Assembly (NCBI GenBank): GCA_020063565.1 | Contig: JAICDB010000009.1 | Location: forward strand, 65,393-129,392 | Direction of reading: 5' to 3' | Length of the DNA: 64,000 nt | From: Clostridiales bacterium | Lineage (GTDB): Bacteria; Bacillota; DSM-16504; Desulfitibacterales; JAICDB01 | In this document: in pieces, positions 19,866 through 28,760 of the stretch | Layout: each line of letters starts with the position of its first letter | Position numbering within the stretch: the stretch's first letter is position 1 | Position numbers and translations under genes: made by a program | Notes under the pieces: model-generated | The model's input: only the letters and a program-made list of their open reading frames with translations | Databases searched by the model: none | Told to the model about the DNA's origin: nothing

Positions 19866-20026
19866 GTTGCCCTCCCCGAAAAGCGTTGATTTTTTAATAT
19901 ATTCTCACAGTAAATGGTTATTTATACCGTGTATGTTTTAAAAAATATAAAGCTGTGTTTGTAGTAATATTTTTTTCTTTTTGTAGAAAACTAAACATGT
20001 AATTTTATAAATTAGGAGGTATTTTT

Positions 20027-21940
20027 GTGGCAAAGGAAATGATACACCGCATGGACGGGCGAATCAGTTATCACGATTCCGTTCAGGAAATGTATGAAAA
20101 GAGACTAAAGCCTGATGGCATGAGTACTGTTTTTGACCGGATGGACCCTCAGGTAAAAATCCGCTGCAATTTCTGTGAAGCGGGAGTTAGCTGTCAATTA
20201 TGCAGTAACGGTCCCTGCAGAATTTCAGAGAAAGCAGGTGCGGAACTCGGCACCTGTGGTATTAGTCCTGACGCAATGGCAATGAGAGATATGCTTCTTA
20301 GAAATGTGATGGGGACTTCAACATATGCGCACCATGCCTTTATGGCGTTTAGCACCTTAAAATCTACGGCTGAAGGTAAGACGCCTTATGGTATTACTGA
20401 CAAGGATAAATTATATAATATGGCAAACACTTTAGGAATTGACACTTCAGGAACGCAGGAAGAGGTCGCGGAAAGACTCGCAGATTTCCTCATAGCCGAA
20501 CTTTCCAAGGATTACCGTGAACCGAGTAAACTCATTCAGGCATATGCACCGCAAAAGAGGCAAAAGGTTTGGCAGGACCTTGCCATTTACCCTGCCGGAG
20601 TGTTACATGAAATCAAAGACGCAACTGCCAGCTGTTTAACTAACGTAGATGGCGACTATATTTCGTTAGCACGAAAAGCATTGCGACTGGGAATAGCCTG
20701 TATTTACGGCGCTCAGCTGCCCCTTGAGATGGTCCAGGATATTCTTTTTGGAACTCCCGCTCCCCACGAAGTTAATATGGACCTTGGCGTAATGGACCCT
20801 GACTATGTTAATATAGTTTTCAACGGTCATGAGCCGTGGGTAGGAATTGCAACAATTTACGAAGCTAAGAAACCCGAATGGCAGGAAAAGGCAAAACGTG
20901 CGGGAGCTAAAGGAATAAGGGTCATAGGTTCCATTGAGACAGGGCAGGAAATATTACAGCGCTTTGAAATGGATGATGTTTTTGCAGGTCATATTGGCAA
21001 CTGGATTTCAATAGAGCCCCTTTTGGCTACCGGTACGGTAGACGTATTTGCAATGGATGAAAACTGTTCTCCTCCGAATCTTCATCCTTATGCAGAAAAG
21101 TACAAAGTAACCCTCGTATCTGTGAATGACCTGGTAAGAATACCAAAGGTTGACAAAAACCTTGACTATAAACCGCCGGAAGCAGTGGAAATAGCAACTA
21201 AATTACTGGACTGGGGTATAGCCAACTTCCCCGTGAGAAAACAAAATGTACAACCGTATGTACCTCAAAAAACTACCAAGGCAATAGCAGGTTTTTCAAC
21301 GGAAGCAGTCTTAAAGGCACTGGGTGGAAAGTTGGATCCGTTCCTGGATGTTATCAAAGCCGGTAAAATAAAAGGCGTGACAGCCATTGTCAACTGCAGT
21401 ACCTTGAAAAACGGTCCCCAGGACTGGATGACAGTTAACCTGGCAAAAGAGCTTATAAAAAGAGATATTCTGGTAATAGCAGGCGGTTGCGGTAATCATG
21501 GCTTAGAGGTTGCCGGTATGGCCAACATGGATGCATTGCAGTATGCAGGCGAAGGGCTAAAGGAAGTTTGCAACAGCCTTGGAATTCCTCCCGTTTTAAG
21601 CTTTGGTACCTGCACGGATACAGGAAGAATATCAATGCTTGTTACTGCTATTGCAGATACACTCGGGGTTGATACTTCGGATTTACCGGTGGCTGTAAGT
21701 GCTCCTGAATGGATGGAACAAAAGGCTACCATTGACGGTCTATTTGCTCTAGCTTATGGTTTATATACTCATCTATCACCTGTTCCGCCTGTAACCGGTG
21801 GACCTGAACTTGCAAAACTATTAACTGAAGACTTAGAAGGTCTCACAGGTGGCAAAGTAGCGCTTGGTGATACTCCGGAAGAGGCAGCTCAAGGAATAGA
21901 GGATCATATTAACAAGAAGAGGCAGAAACTGGGTATTTAA
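20027..21940 (+). CDS. cooS: Anaerobic Ni,Fe carbon monoxide dehydrogenase catalytic subunit CooS
   Basis: 637 aa. N-terminal D/B-cluster pattern CNFCEAGVSCQLCSNGPCRI...GTCG. GTG start with a GGAGG RBS. Confidence 0.88.
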   Translation: MAKEMIHRMDGRISYHDSVQEMYEKRLKPDGMSTVFDRMDPQVKIRCNFCEAGVSCQLCSNGPCRISEKAGAELGTCGISPDAMAMRDMLLRNVMGTSTYAHHAFMAFSTLKSTAEGKTPYGITDKDKLYNMANTLGIDTSGTQEEVAERLADFLIAELSKDYREPSKLIQAYAPQKRQKVWQDLAIYPAGVLHEIKDATASCLTNVDGDYISLARKALRLGIACIYGAQLPLEMVQDILFGTPAPHEVNMDLGVMDPDYVNIVFNGHEPWVGIATIYEAKKPEWQEKAKRAGAKGIRVIGSIETGQEILQRFEMDDVFAGHIGNWISIEPLLATGTVDVFAMDENCSPPNLHPYAEKYKVTLVSVNDLVRIPKVDKNLDYKPPEAVEIATKLLDWGIANFPVRKQNVQPYVPQKTTKAIAGFSTEAVLKALGGKLDPFLDVIKAGKIKGVTAIVNCSTLKNGPQDWMTVNLAKELIKRDILVIAGGCGNHGLEVAGMANMDALQYAGEGLKEVCNSLGIPPVLSFGTCTDTGRISMLVTAIADTLGVDTSDLPVAVSAPEWMEQKATIDGLFALAYGLYTHLSPVPPVTGGPELAKLLTEDLEGLTGGKVALGDTPEEAAQGIEDHINKKRQKLGI

Positions 21941-22079
21941 TAAGTCTGCCACAAAAGAAGGGATTAGCCGCATGATAATGGCTAATCCCTCTTCCTAATA
22001 GCATAAGTGATTTTCATCACATTTTAAAAAATTTTCTTTGGGTATAATAAAATAAAATTTATATTGGGAGAGGAGTACC

Positions 22080-22706
22080 ATGATGAAGCAATATAATGGA
22101 GAGCCTTTAAAAATTGAGAGTTGCTGGGCTAAGGATGATTGCCCAAGTGCTTTAGATAACTTTGAGAGACTTCAAAAAATAATTCAAGATGTAGTAGAGG
22201 AAAGCAATTTCTCCGCTGAAAGAAAAGAAATGCTGCAGGGCAAAATAAAACCTCACCAGGTTTTTAAGATTTGCCTTGCAGGATGCCCTAACTGCTGCTC
22301 CCAGCCTCAAATCAAGGACTTTGGCCTATATAAGGTAGTTTATCCCGAAGTTAAGGAACAGTTATGTACTCTTTGTAATAAGTGCATTAAGGCTTGTCGG
22401 GAAAAAGCTATTTCTCCGGGCGGTAAGAGTGTAAAGATAAACAGTGAGAATTGTATTGGTTGCGGTGATTGTATCCGTGTTTGTCCTGTTAACGCCATAA
22501 CAAGAGGTAAGGAAGCATGGCGGATAATTGCGGGTGGCAAATTGGGCAGGCATCCCCGGCTTGCAGTAGATGTTGCTGAAATTGCGGACGAAGAGGAAGT
22601 AAAACAATATTTACAGGATGCTTTAAAGGTAGTTTTAGAAGCTCCTGGTTCTCATGTCAGATTTGGTGATTTAATAGAAAAATATTTGCATAAGATAGAA
22701 GGTTAG
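22080..22706 (+). CDS. Fe-S protein: sulfite/nitrite-reductase-like ferredoxin-insert domain with two CxxCxxCxxxC(P) motifs
   Basis: CLAGCPNCC, CTLCNKCIKAC, CIGCGDCIRVCP. Not a canonical CooF, which has four clusters. Confidence 0.45.
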   Translation: MMKQYNGEPLKIESCWAKDDCPSALDNFERLQKIIQDVVEESNFSAERKEMLQGKIKPHQVFKICLAGCPNCCSQPQIKDFGLYKVVYPEVKEQLCTLCNKCIKACREKAISPGGKSVKINSENCIGCGDCIRVCPVNAITRGKEAWRIIAGGKLGRHPRLAVDVAEIADEEEVKQYLQDALKVVLEAPGSHVRFGDLIEKYLHKIEG

Positions 22707-22779
22707 GGTTCTGGTATGCAGGGAAATTCAGGAGTTGAAGAGAAGATATGAAGCTAATACGAAATAATGAAAGGGGAAA

Positions 22780-23463
22780 ATGATGCACACAAAACTCCTG
22801 AGAAAAATAGACCTCTTTAGTGACTTATCGGAAGATTTGTTACAGAAAATATCCGAACTAATAGTTACCCAAACCTATAAAAAGGGGGAAACTATTTTCT
22901 GGGAAGGTGATCCCGGGGAAGCCTTTTACTTTTTATATTCGGGAAAAGTTAAAGCTTCAAAGCTTTTTCCGACGGGACAGGAAATTATCATTTGTACCCT
23001 GGGTCCTGGCGATGTTTTTGCTGAAGTTACACTTTTAAAAAAGGATCAGCCATATCCTGTAACTGCAACAGCGTTGGAAAAGTCAGAGGTAGGTTTTATA
23101 AAAAATAAAGACCTCGAAAACTTGCTTAAAGAGAATTCAGGACTGGCGCTTGAGCTTATTCGCCAGTTGAACAACAAGCTTATTGAAGCCCATCACAGGA
23201 TAAGAAATATGGGTGTAACCGATGTCTTTACCAGAACCGTTACCATCTTAAAGAAACTAAGTGAAAGCTTCGGCAAAGAAACAGGGGAAGGAATAAAAAT
23301 TGAATTAAGACTTTCCAGGCAGGACATGGCTAATCTGGTCGGTACAACGAGGGAAACAATCAGCAGGGTTGTTTCCAAACTTAAAAACCAGGAAATCATC
23401 GATGTTAAGGGGCAGGCCATTATTATCAAGGATATGGAAGCTTTAGAAGAATATCTTATGTAA
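22780..23463 (+). CDS. Crp/Fnr-family transcription regulator (cNMP-binding-like domain plus HTH)
   Basis: 227 aa. C-terminal HTH RQDMANLVGTTRETISRVVSKL. No N-terminal Cys cluster, so it is not an FNR-type Fe-S sensor. CooA/HcpR-like roles are possible. Confidence 0.8.
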   Translation: MMHTKLLRKIDLFSDLSEDLLQKISELIVTQTYKKGETIFWEGDPGEAFYFLYSGKVKASKLFPTGQEIIICTLGPGDVFAEVTLLKKDQPYPVTATALEKSEVGFIKNKDLENLLKENSGLALELIRQLNNKLIEAHHRIRNMGVTDVFTRTVTILKKLSESFGKETGEGIKIELRLSRQDMANLVGTTRETISRVVSKLKNQEIIDVKGQAIIIKDMEALEEYLM

Positions 23464-23576
23464 ATAAAATATTTAAATATCCCTTCACAATTTCTTCACA
23501 TTTTCTTCAAAACTTTATCAAAAGTCGGGGCTATACTAATAGTGAAAATACAAATAGTATTAAAGGAGGAATGCGC

Positions 23577-23867
23577 ATGAAGACAAAATTGATGGTTCTG
23601 CTTGTTGTAGTCCTATTGGTAGTAATGGCATATCCCGTTTTTGCGGCAGACAAGGCTGCCCCTGTAGTAACAGTATCTCCCCAGGATGAGGAACTTCAAG
23701 AACTTTACCAGAAGATGTGGGAAATCAGGCAAAAAATAGCAGAAAAACAGGGTATTCAGCTGCCGGATAACAATGGCAGGTTCTTTGGTCCCGGATTCTG
23801 CGGCGGATACGGAGGCTGTGGTTTTGGCCCCCGGGGAGGCTATGGTTTCCAAAATAATGCATACTAA
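23577..23867 (+). CDS. Small secreted protein: signal peptide, one amphipathic helix, Gly/Cys-rich tail
   Basis: MKTKLMVLLVVVLLVVMAYPVFA signal peptide. ELQELYQKMWEIRQKIAEK helix. Tail GPGFCGGYGGCGFGPRGGYGF. GGAGG RBS 7 nt upstream of ATG 23577. Confidence 0.6.
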   Translation: MKTKLMVLLVVVLLVVMAYPVFAADKAAPVVTVSPQDEELQELYQKMWEIRQKIAEKQGIQLPDNNGRFFGPGFCGGYGGCGFGPRGGYGFQNNAY

Positions 23868-23894
23868 TTAAACCGCTCAATAATAAGATTTAAA

Positions 23895-23946
23895 GAAAAC
23901 GGCAACTCCTAAGATAAGGGTTGCCGTTTTCTTTGAGCTTTTTTTT
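23895..23946 (+). terminator. Rho-independent terminator
   Basis: 12-bp perfect stem GAAAACGGCAAC/GTTGCCGTTTTC, followed by a T-rich run. Confidence 0.8.
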
Positions 23947-23973
23947 AGATATAATAACCATGAGGTGATAAAA

Positions 23974-24669
23974 ATGCATGAACATATTAAGATACTGGTG
24001 GTAGATGACGAAGAAAAAATTCGCTCCCTTGTTAAAATGTATCTTCAGAGAGAGGGCTTCAAAATAGATGAGGCAGCTGACGGGGATGAAGCATTGACAA
24101 AAATCAAAAAAACCGACTACAACCTGGTAGTTCTTGATCTGATGCTTCCGGTGATTGACGGAATGGCGGTTTGCAGGGAAGTTCGCTCTTTTTCCGATGT
24201 TCCCATTATCATGCTTACTGCCAAGGGTGATGAGGTGGACAAGCTGGTCGGTTTTGAAATGGGAGCCGATGACTATGTTGTCAAACCCTTTAGCCCAAGG
24301 GAAGTGGTTGCCAGGGTAAAAGCGCTTCTGAAGCGTACGAAAGGCAATAAGATGGAACAAAAGACCGAAAAACTGGAGTTTCCCGGGTTAATAATGGAAA
24401 TGGAATCACGAAGGGTATTTGTTGAGGGAAAGGAAATTACACTGACACCCAAGGAATATGATCTTTTTTATTACCTGGCCAGCAATAAAGGCAGGGTTTT
24501 TAGCCGTGAGAAGATACTTGAAGAAGTATGGGGCTATGATTATTTTGGTGATTTAAGAACTGTTGATACCCACATCAAAAATTTACGGGAAAAGATAGCA
24601 GCTAACTCTGATAGAAAATATATTCATACTGTCTGGGGAGTAGGCTATAAATTTGAGGTGGTAGATTGA
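23974..24669 (+). CDS. OmpR-family response regulator
   Basis: Receiver domain (ILVVDDEE, DLMLPVIDG) plus winged helix (WGVGYKF). Confidence 0.85.
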   Translation: MHEHIKILVVDDEEKIRSLVKMYLQREGFKIDEAADGDEALTKIKKTDYNLVVLDLMLPVIDGMAVCREVRSFSDVPIIMLTAKGDEVDKLVGFEMGADDYVVKPFSPREVVARVKALLKRTKGNKMEQKTEKLEFPGLIMEMESRRVFVEGKEITLTPKEYDLFYYLASNKGRVFSREKILEEVWGYDYFGDLRTVDTHIKNLREKIAANSDRKYIHTVWGVGYKFEVVD

Positions 24670-26075
24670 GGGAGAGCATTGCGGTAAAATTGTGGCTTCT
24701 AATAGTAATACTGGTATCAATTACCCTGATGGTTGTGGGGCTTTCCCTGAATACCTTGCTTGAGGATTTATATTTTGATATACAGGCTCGAGCAATGATT
24801 GAACAGGGCAGGAATATAGAGCAAATTATGAAAAAAGTTACCAGCCAGGAGGAACTGTCATATCAGATAAATACTATAAGCAGCTTTATTCAAGGCCATA
24901 TTATGGTTGTAGACAGAAAGGGTATGGTTGGAACCTGTAATCCGGGTATGCCTATGCAACCCGGGATGAATCTTAGCTGTGAGGAAGTGGATGAAGTTCT
25001 GAAGGGTAGTATTATCATTAGAAAGGGAAGAAATTTTGGTTTTGAAAAATCAATGCTGATGGTTGCAGTTCCGGTACAAGAGCAAGAAGAAGTGCTGGGT
25101 GCAATTATGCTCTTTAAACCTGTGGAGCCCATAACAAAAACAGTAAGTGACTTTCGAAGACTGATTTTTTTAACTGCAATTGGTGCAATTGTTTTGGCTA
25201 CAATTCTCAGTTTCTTTCTATCCCGTAAAATTACCAAACCCCTTTTAAAAATGAATGGCTTTGCCAAGAGGGTGGCTGCCGGCGATTTTAGCGGCAGAGT
25301 GCCTGTGGAAACAAGTGACGAAGTAGGTAACCTGGCAAAAACTTTTAACTTTATGTCAGAAGAGCTGGAAAAGGCGGAAGAAGTAAGAAAACAGTTTTTA
25401 TCAGATGTATCACATGAACTTCGAACTCCCTTAAGTTTGTTACAGGGTTACGCTGAAGCGCTATCCGATGGCATGGCTTCGACTGAGGAGGAACAAAAGG
25501 AATATCTGGATATTATATCAGATGAAGCCACAAGGCTTAATCGTATTGTTGATGACTTGTCCGATTTAAATGCCATGGAAGCAGGCCAACTCACCCTTAA
25601 TATAAGTGAATTTCATATCAATGATGTTCTGAAAAGTATAGTACGGACATTTAAACCTGCTGCGGAAGAAAAGAAAGTTACCCTGGATTTGAAAGCTCTT
25701 GTTGGAGAAACTCCGCCTATATCTGGGGATCAGGGAAGAATTGAGCAGATCCTGATAAATCTTGTAAACAATGCTATTCACTATACACCTGCCGGTGGAA
25801 AGGTAAGCCTTGAGGCGCAATATAACGGTGATAACTTCATTATTAAGGTTAGCGATACAGGAGAAGGGATTCCTCCTGAAGAACTACCGTATATTTGGGA
25901 AAGGTTTTACCGGGTGGACAAGGCCAGAACCAGGAAAAAAGGAGGCAGTGGCTTAGGATTAGCAATCGTTAAAAGTCTGGTGAGGGCGCATGGTGGTACT
26001 GTAACTGCCAGCAGCAAACCCGGTGAAGGAAGTACCTTTACGGTAACCTTACCACGCAAATGTAAAACTGCATAA
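24666..26075 (+). CDS. Sensor histidine kinase (2 TM, extracytoplasmic domain, HAMP, HisKA, HATPase)
   Basis: H-box SHELRTPL. G-box GGSGLGLAIVKSLV. Overlaps the regulator stop by 4 nt. Confidence 0.85.
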   Translation: MRESIAVKLWLLIVILVSITLMVVGLSLNTLLEDLYFDIQARAMIEQGRNIEQIMKKVTSQEELSYQINTISSFIQGHIMVVDRKGMVGTCNPGMPMQPGMNLSCEEVDEVLKGSIIIRKGRNFGFEKSMLMVAVPVQEQEEVLGAIMLFKPVEPITKTVSDFRRLIFLTAIGAIVLATILSFFLSRKITKPLLKMNGFAKRVAAGDFSGRVPVETSDEVGNLAKTFNFMSEELEKAEEVRKQFLSDVSHELRTPLSLLQGYAEALSDGMASTEEEQKEYLDIISDEATRLNRIVDDLSDLNAMEAGQLTLNISEFHINDVLKSIVRTFKPAAEEKKVTLDLKALVGETPPISGDQGRIEQILINLVNNAIHYTPAGGKVSLEAQYNGDNFIIKVSDTGEGIPPEELPYIWERFYRVDKARTRKKGGSGLGLAIVKSLVRAHGGTVTASSKPGEGSTFTVTLPRKCKTA

Positions 26076-26154
26076 TTTTTTTCTTCTCGGGTAGACTAAA
26101 TTTTGAATAGCTATTTAAAATTGTAAAGAAAATTACCCGAGGAGGTGATTATAA

Positions 26155-26295
26155 GTGGGCCTTGGTATTAAATGCATGGTTGAAGAATGTCATCACAATC
26201 AAAATAAGGTTTGCGCTGCTGATTCCATCGAGGTGACTTCTAGTATGGGTAGGCAGGTAAACAGTTCTGACGGAACAGCCTGCAAAACCTTTAAA
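26155..26295 (+). CDS. DUF1540-like small Cys-rich protein, reading frame apparently broken near the 3' end
   Basis: GGAGGTG RBS then GTG 26155. KCMVEECHHNQNKVCAADSIEV matches the DUF1540 pattern. The conserved C-terminal ..TACKTFKPKQ* is only readable in the +1 frame (to 26308), after the C-run at 26279..26281. Confidence 0.5.
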
Positions 26296-26534
26296 CCCAA
26301 ACAATAGTGTGGTAGGGTTTACAGAGTGGTGCCAGGCACTTAAGTTATTAAGTTATTGGCTAATTCCTTTTTATTTTCTCTTTAGCCCTGGCATTACTTT
26401 GTTTACCCATCTCATAAAAACGCTTGTCTATTCCAAGTTCCACACTAATATCATATTGTTCCATTTGCGCAAAGCATATTGAATCACAAAGCGAAAAATT
26501 CTGGTCACTAAATTTTTTTATTGTCGTGGCTTTT

Positions 26535-27944
26535 TTATTTCGTCGGTAACCAGATGGTAAAGGTACTTCCCTTTCCCGGTTCACTTTCTACCTCTATCCG
26601 TCCTTCGTGCTGCTCCACTATCCATTTACAGATTGCAAGCCCCAGGCCGGTACCGCCCTTTTTCCTGGAAGGATCCACCCTGTAAAATCTTTTGAAGATA
26701 TTTTCCAGGTTATCCGGGGAGATGCCTATGCCGGTATCCCTGACAGCTATTCCAACTTCTTGGGGATTTTCCAGTACTTCAAGCGTTACTTTTCCCTCCG
26801 GGGGAGTGTACTTGAAGGCATTGTCAAGAAGTATGAAAAATGCTTCTTGCAGGTAATCCTTATTTGCATTTACCGTAATGCCTTTAGCTTTATCCAAATC
26901 AGCAGTCAGGAAGGTTTGCGAAACATCCCATCTTTCCACTGAGCGAATTACCTTTATCAATATCTCATGGAGTGATTGAGGGCTTTTTTGAAGCTGAAAA
27001 CCCGCATCTGCCCTTGCCAGTGCAAGCATATCCTGAATCAAGCGGGACATTCTTTCAGCTTCTGACTCTATATCCTTCAGGATATCCTTTGTTATTTCCG
27101 GATCCGAGTTGCCTATCTTTTGCAAGAATTCCACATTGCCTCGAATGGTGGTCAGGGGAGTACGCAGCTCATGGGAGGCATCAGCTACAAATCTCTTTTG
27201 TGCGGAGTGACTTTCCTGCAATCTCTGGTAAGCCTTTTCCAGTTTACTGACCATGGCATCAAAGGTATCTGCCAGATGTCCCAATTCATCTTTAGGCCCG
27301 CGGTAATTTATGCGGCGGGTCATATCGCCTGTTTTAGCTATCTCAGTTGCTATTTTGGAGATTTCCGTGACAGGCCTTAATGCCACTTTGGAGAGGTACC
27401 AGCCTGAAGTTGCAGCAACTGCAATTGCAAGAAAACTGCCTATAATGAGAAGCAGCTTTAACCTGTTTAAGGCTTGATCCACTGCAATAAGTGAACGTCC
27501 CACCTGAATTATACCTAAATAATTTCCCTTAATAATAAGGGGGTGATTGATAACCCTTAAACGGGCATTTTCATAGCGAAAGGTTTGATAAAATTCTTTT
27601 CCATCCTGACCTTTGGTAATAGTCCGTAAAGAAAAAGGAAGCGACTGTCCTGCTAAATTTTGAGACCTGGCAATAATCTTTCCCCTGGTGTTTACCACCT
27701 GCAAATAAGTGTCGGGGGCTGCAAATACGTCCACATCGGGAAGTACTACCTCCTCAAGGGGAAAGGGAAAACGGTCCACTATGCGGATGGAAAGCAAGAC
27801 TTCCCTGGATTGTTGAGCTATTTCCTTATCAACTCCCGCCATGAGGTTACTGGCCATAAAAACATACAAAAGGAGCGCCATCAGCAGTAATGTAGTTCCC
27901 AAAACCGTAGAGTATAAAAGTGTGAGGCGACTTCTCAAAGACAT
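26535..27944 (-). CDS. Sensor histidine kinase (CssS-like architecture)
   Basis: 2 TM with an extracytoplasmic loop, HAMP, H-box SHELRTPL, G-box GGTGLGLAICKWIV. Confidence 0.85.
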   Translation of the reverse strand: MSLRSRLTLLYSTVLGTTLLLMALLLYVFMASNLMAGVDKEIAQQSREVLLSIRIVDRFPFPLEEVVLPDVDVFAAPDTYLQVVNTRGKIIARSQNLAGQSLPFSLRTITKGQDGKEFYQTFRYENARLRVINHPLIIKGNYLGIIQVGRSLIAVDQALNRLKLLLIIGSFLAIAVAATSGWYLSKVALRPVTEISKIATEIAKTGDMTRRINYRGPKDELGHLADTFDAMVSKLEKAYQRLQESHSAQKRFVADASHELRTPLTTIRGNVEFLQKIGNSDPEITKDILKDIESEAERMSRLIQDMLALARADAGFQLQKSPQSLHEILIKVIRSVERWDVSQTFLTADLDKAKGITVNANKDYLQEAFFILLDNAFKYTPPEGKVTLEVLENPQEVGIAVRDTGIGISPDNLENIFKRFYRVDPSRKKGGTGLGLAICKWIVEQHEGRIEVESEPGKGSTFTIWLPTK

Positions 27945-27947
27945 AGT

Positions 27948-28637
27948 TTACACCTCTTCTTTTAGAGTATATCCTACTCCTCGAACTGTATGGATTAAGC
28001 GTGAATTATCCCCTTCTTCAAGTTTTTGACGCAGCATACGGATATAGACTTCCAGAACATTTGATTCACCGCTATAATCGAATCCCCAGATTTTCTCCAT
28101 AATAAGTTCTTTAGAAAGTACCTGACGGGGATTTTCTAAAAAGAGCTTTAAAAGTTCAAATTCCTTTGTAGTTAGAGTTAACCTTCTTTTTCCTCGAAAT
28201 ACTTCCCTGGTAGCAGTATTAAGGGTTAAATCTGCGAATTTAAGTGTATTCTTATCACCTTTCTCTTCTCTCTGGCGGCGTCTCAAGAGTGCCCGTACCC
28301 TGGCCAACAGCTCTTCCAGTGCAAAGGGCTTTACCAAATAATCGTCAGCTCCTGCATCGAGTCCCTGGACACGGTCTGTAACTTCATCCTTGGCAGTAAG
28401 CATTAGGAAGGGGGTAGTAACATTTTGTTTTCTGAGGCGTTTGCAAACCTCAATACCGTCTATACCGGGCATCAAAATATCCAGAATAACAAGATCCGGT
28501 TTAACTTCCAAAGTTTTATTAAAACCCTCGATTCCATCATGTGCAACGTATACTTCATAGCCCTCGTAGGTCAAAATACGATATAAAAAGGTAGTTATTT
28601 TTTCATCGTCATCTACCACAAGTATAGTAGCAGGCAT
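27948..28637 (-). CDS. OmpR-family response regulator (CssR-like)
   Basis: ILVVDDDE, DILMPGIDG, RGVGYTL. Divergent from htrA. Confidence 0.85.
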   Translation of the reverse strand: MPATILVVDDDEKITTFLYRILTYEGYEVYVAHDGIEGFNKTLEVKPDLVILDILMPGIDGIEVCKRLRKQNVTTPFLMLTAKDEVTDRVQGLDAGADDYLVKPFALEELLARVRALLRRRQREEKGDKNTLKFADLTLNTATREVFRGKRRLTLTTKEFELLKLFLENPRQVLSKELIMEKIWGFDYSGESNVLEVYIRMLRQKLEEGDNSRLIHTVRGVGYTLKEEV

Positions 28638-28760
28638 AATTACACACTCCCTTTGAGAGGATGTTCGAACACTTACTTCAAAATTTTAACGCTTTTTTAT
28701 TCTATTTTAAGGTAATTTTAAGGTTTATGCATTATTCTTTTATACAGGAGGTGGAATAAT

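Noticed and set aside
19866-20026. FNR/CooA-type palindrome in the nrfH-cooS divergent promoter region
   Set aside because: Only half-site-quality matches are present (TTGAT-N4-TAATA and TTAAT-N6-TCACA). There is no convincing dyad, so no site is called.
26360-26584. 74-aa minus-strand ORF downstream of the CssS-like kinase
   Set aside because: Its 5' part overlaps the kinase 3' end. The only internal Met (MEQYD..., 34 aa) has no Shine-Dalgarno sequence. The weak resemblance of ..ISVELGI.. to SASP-like proteins is not enough.
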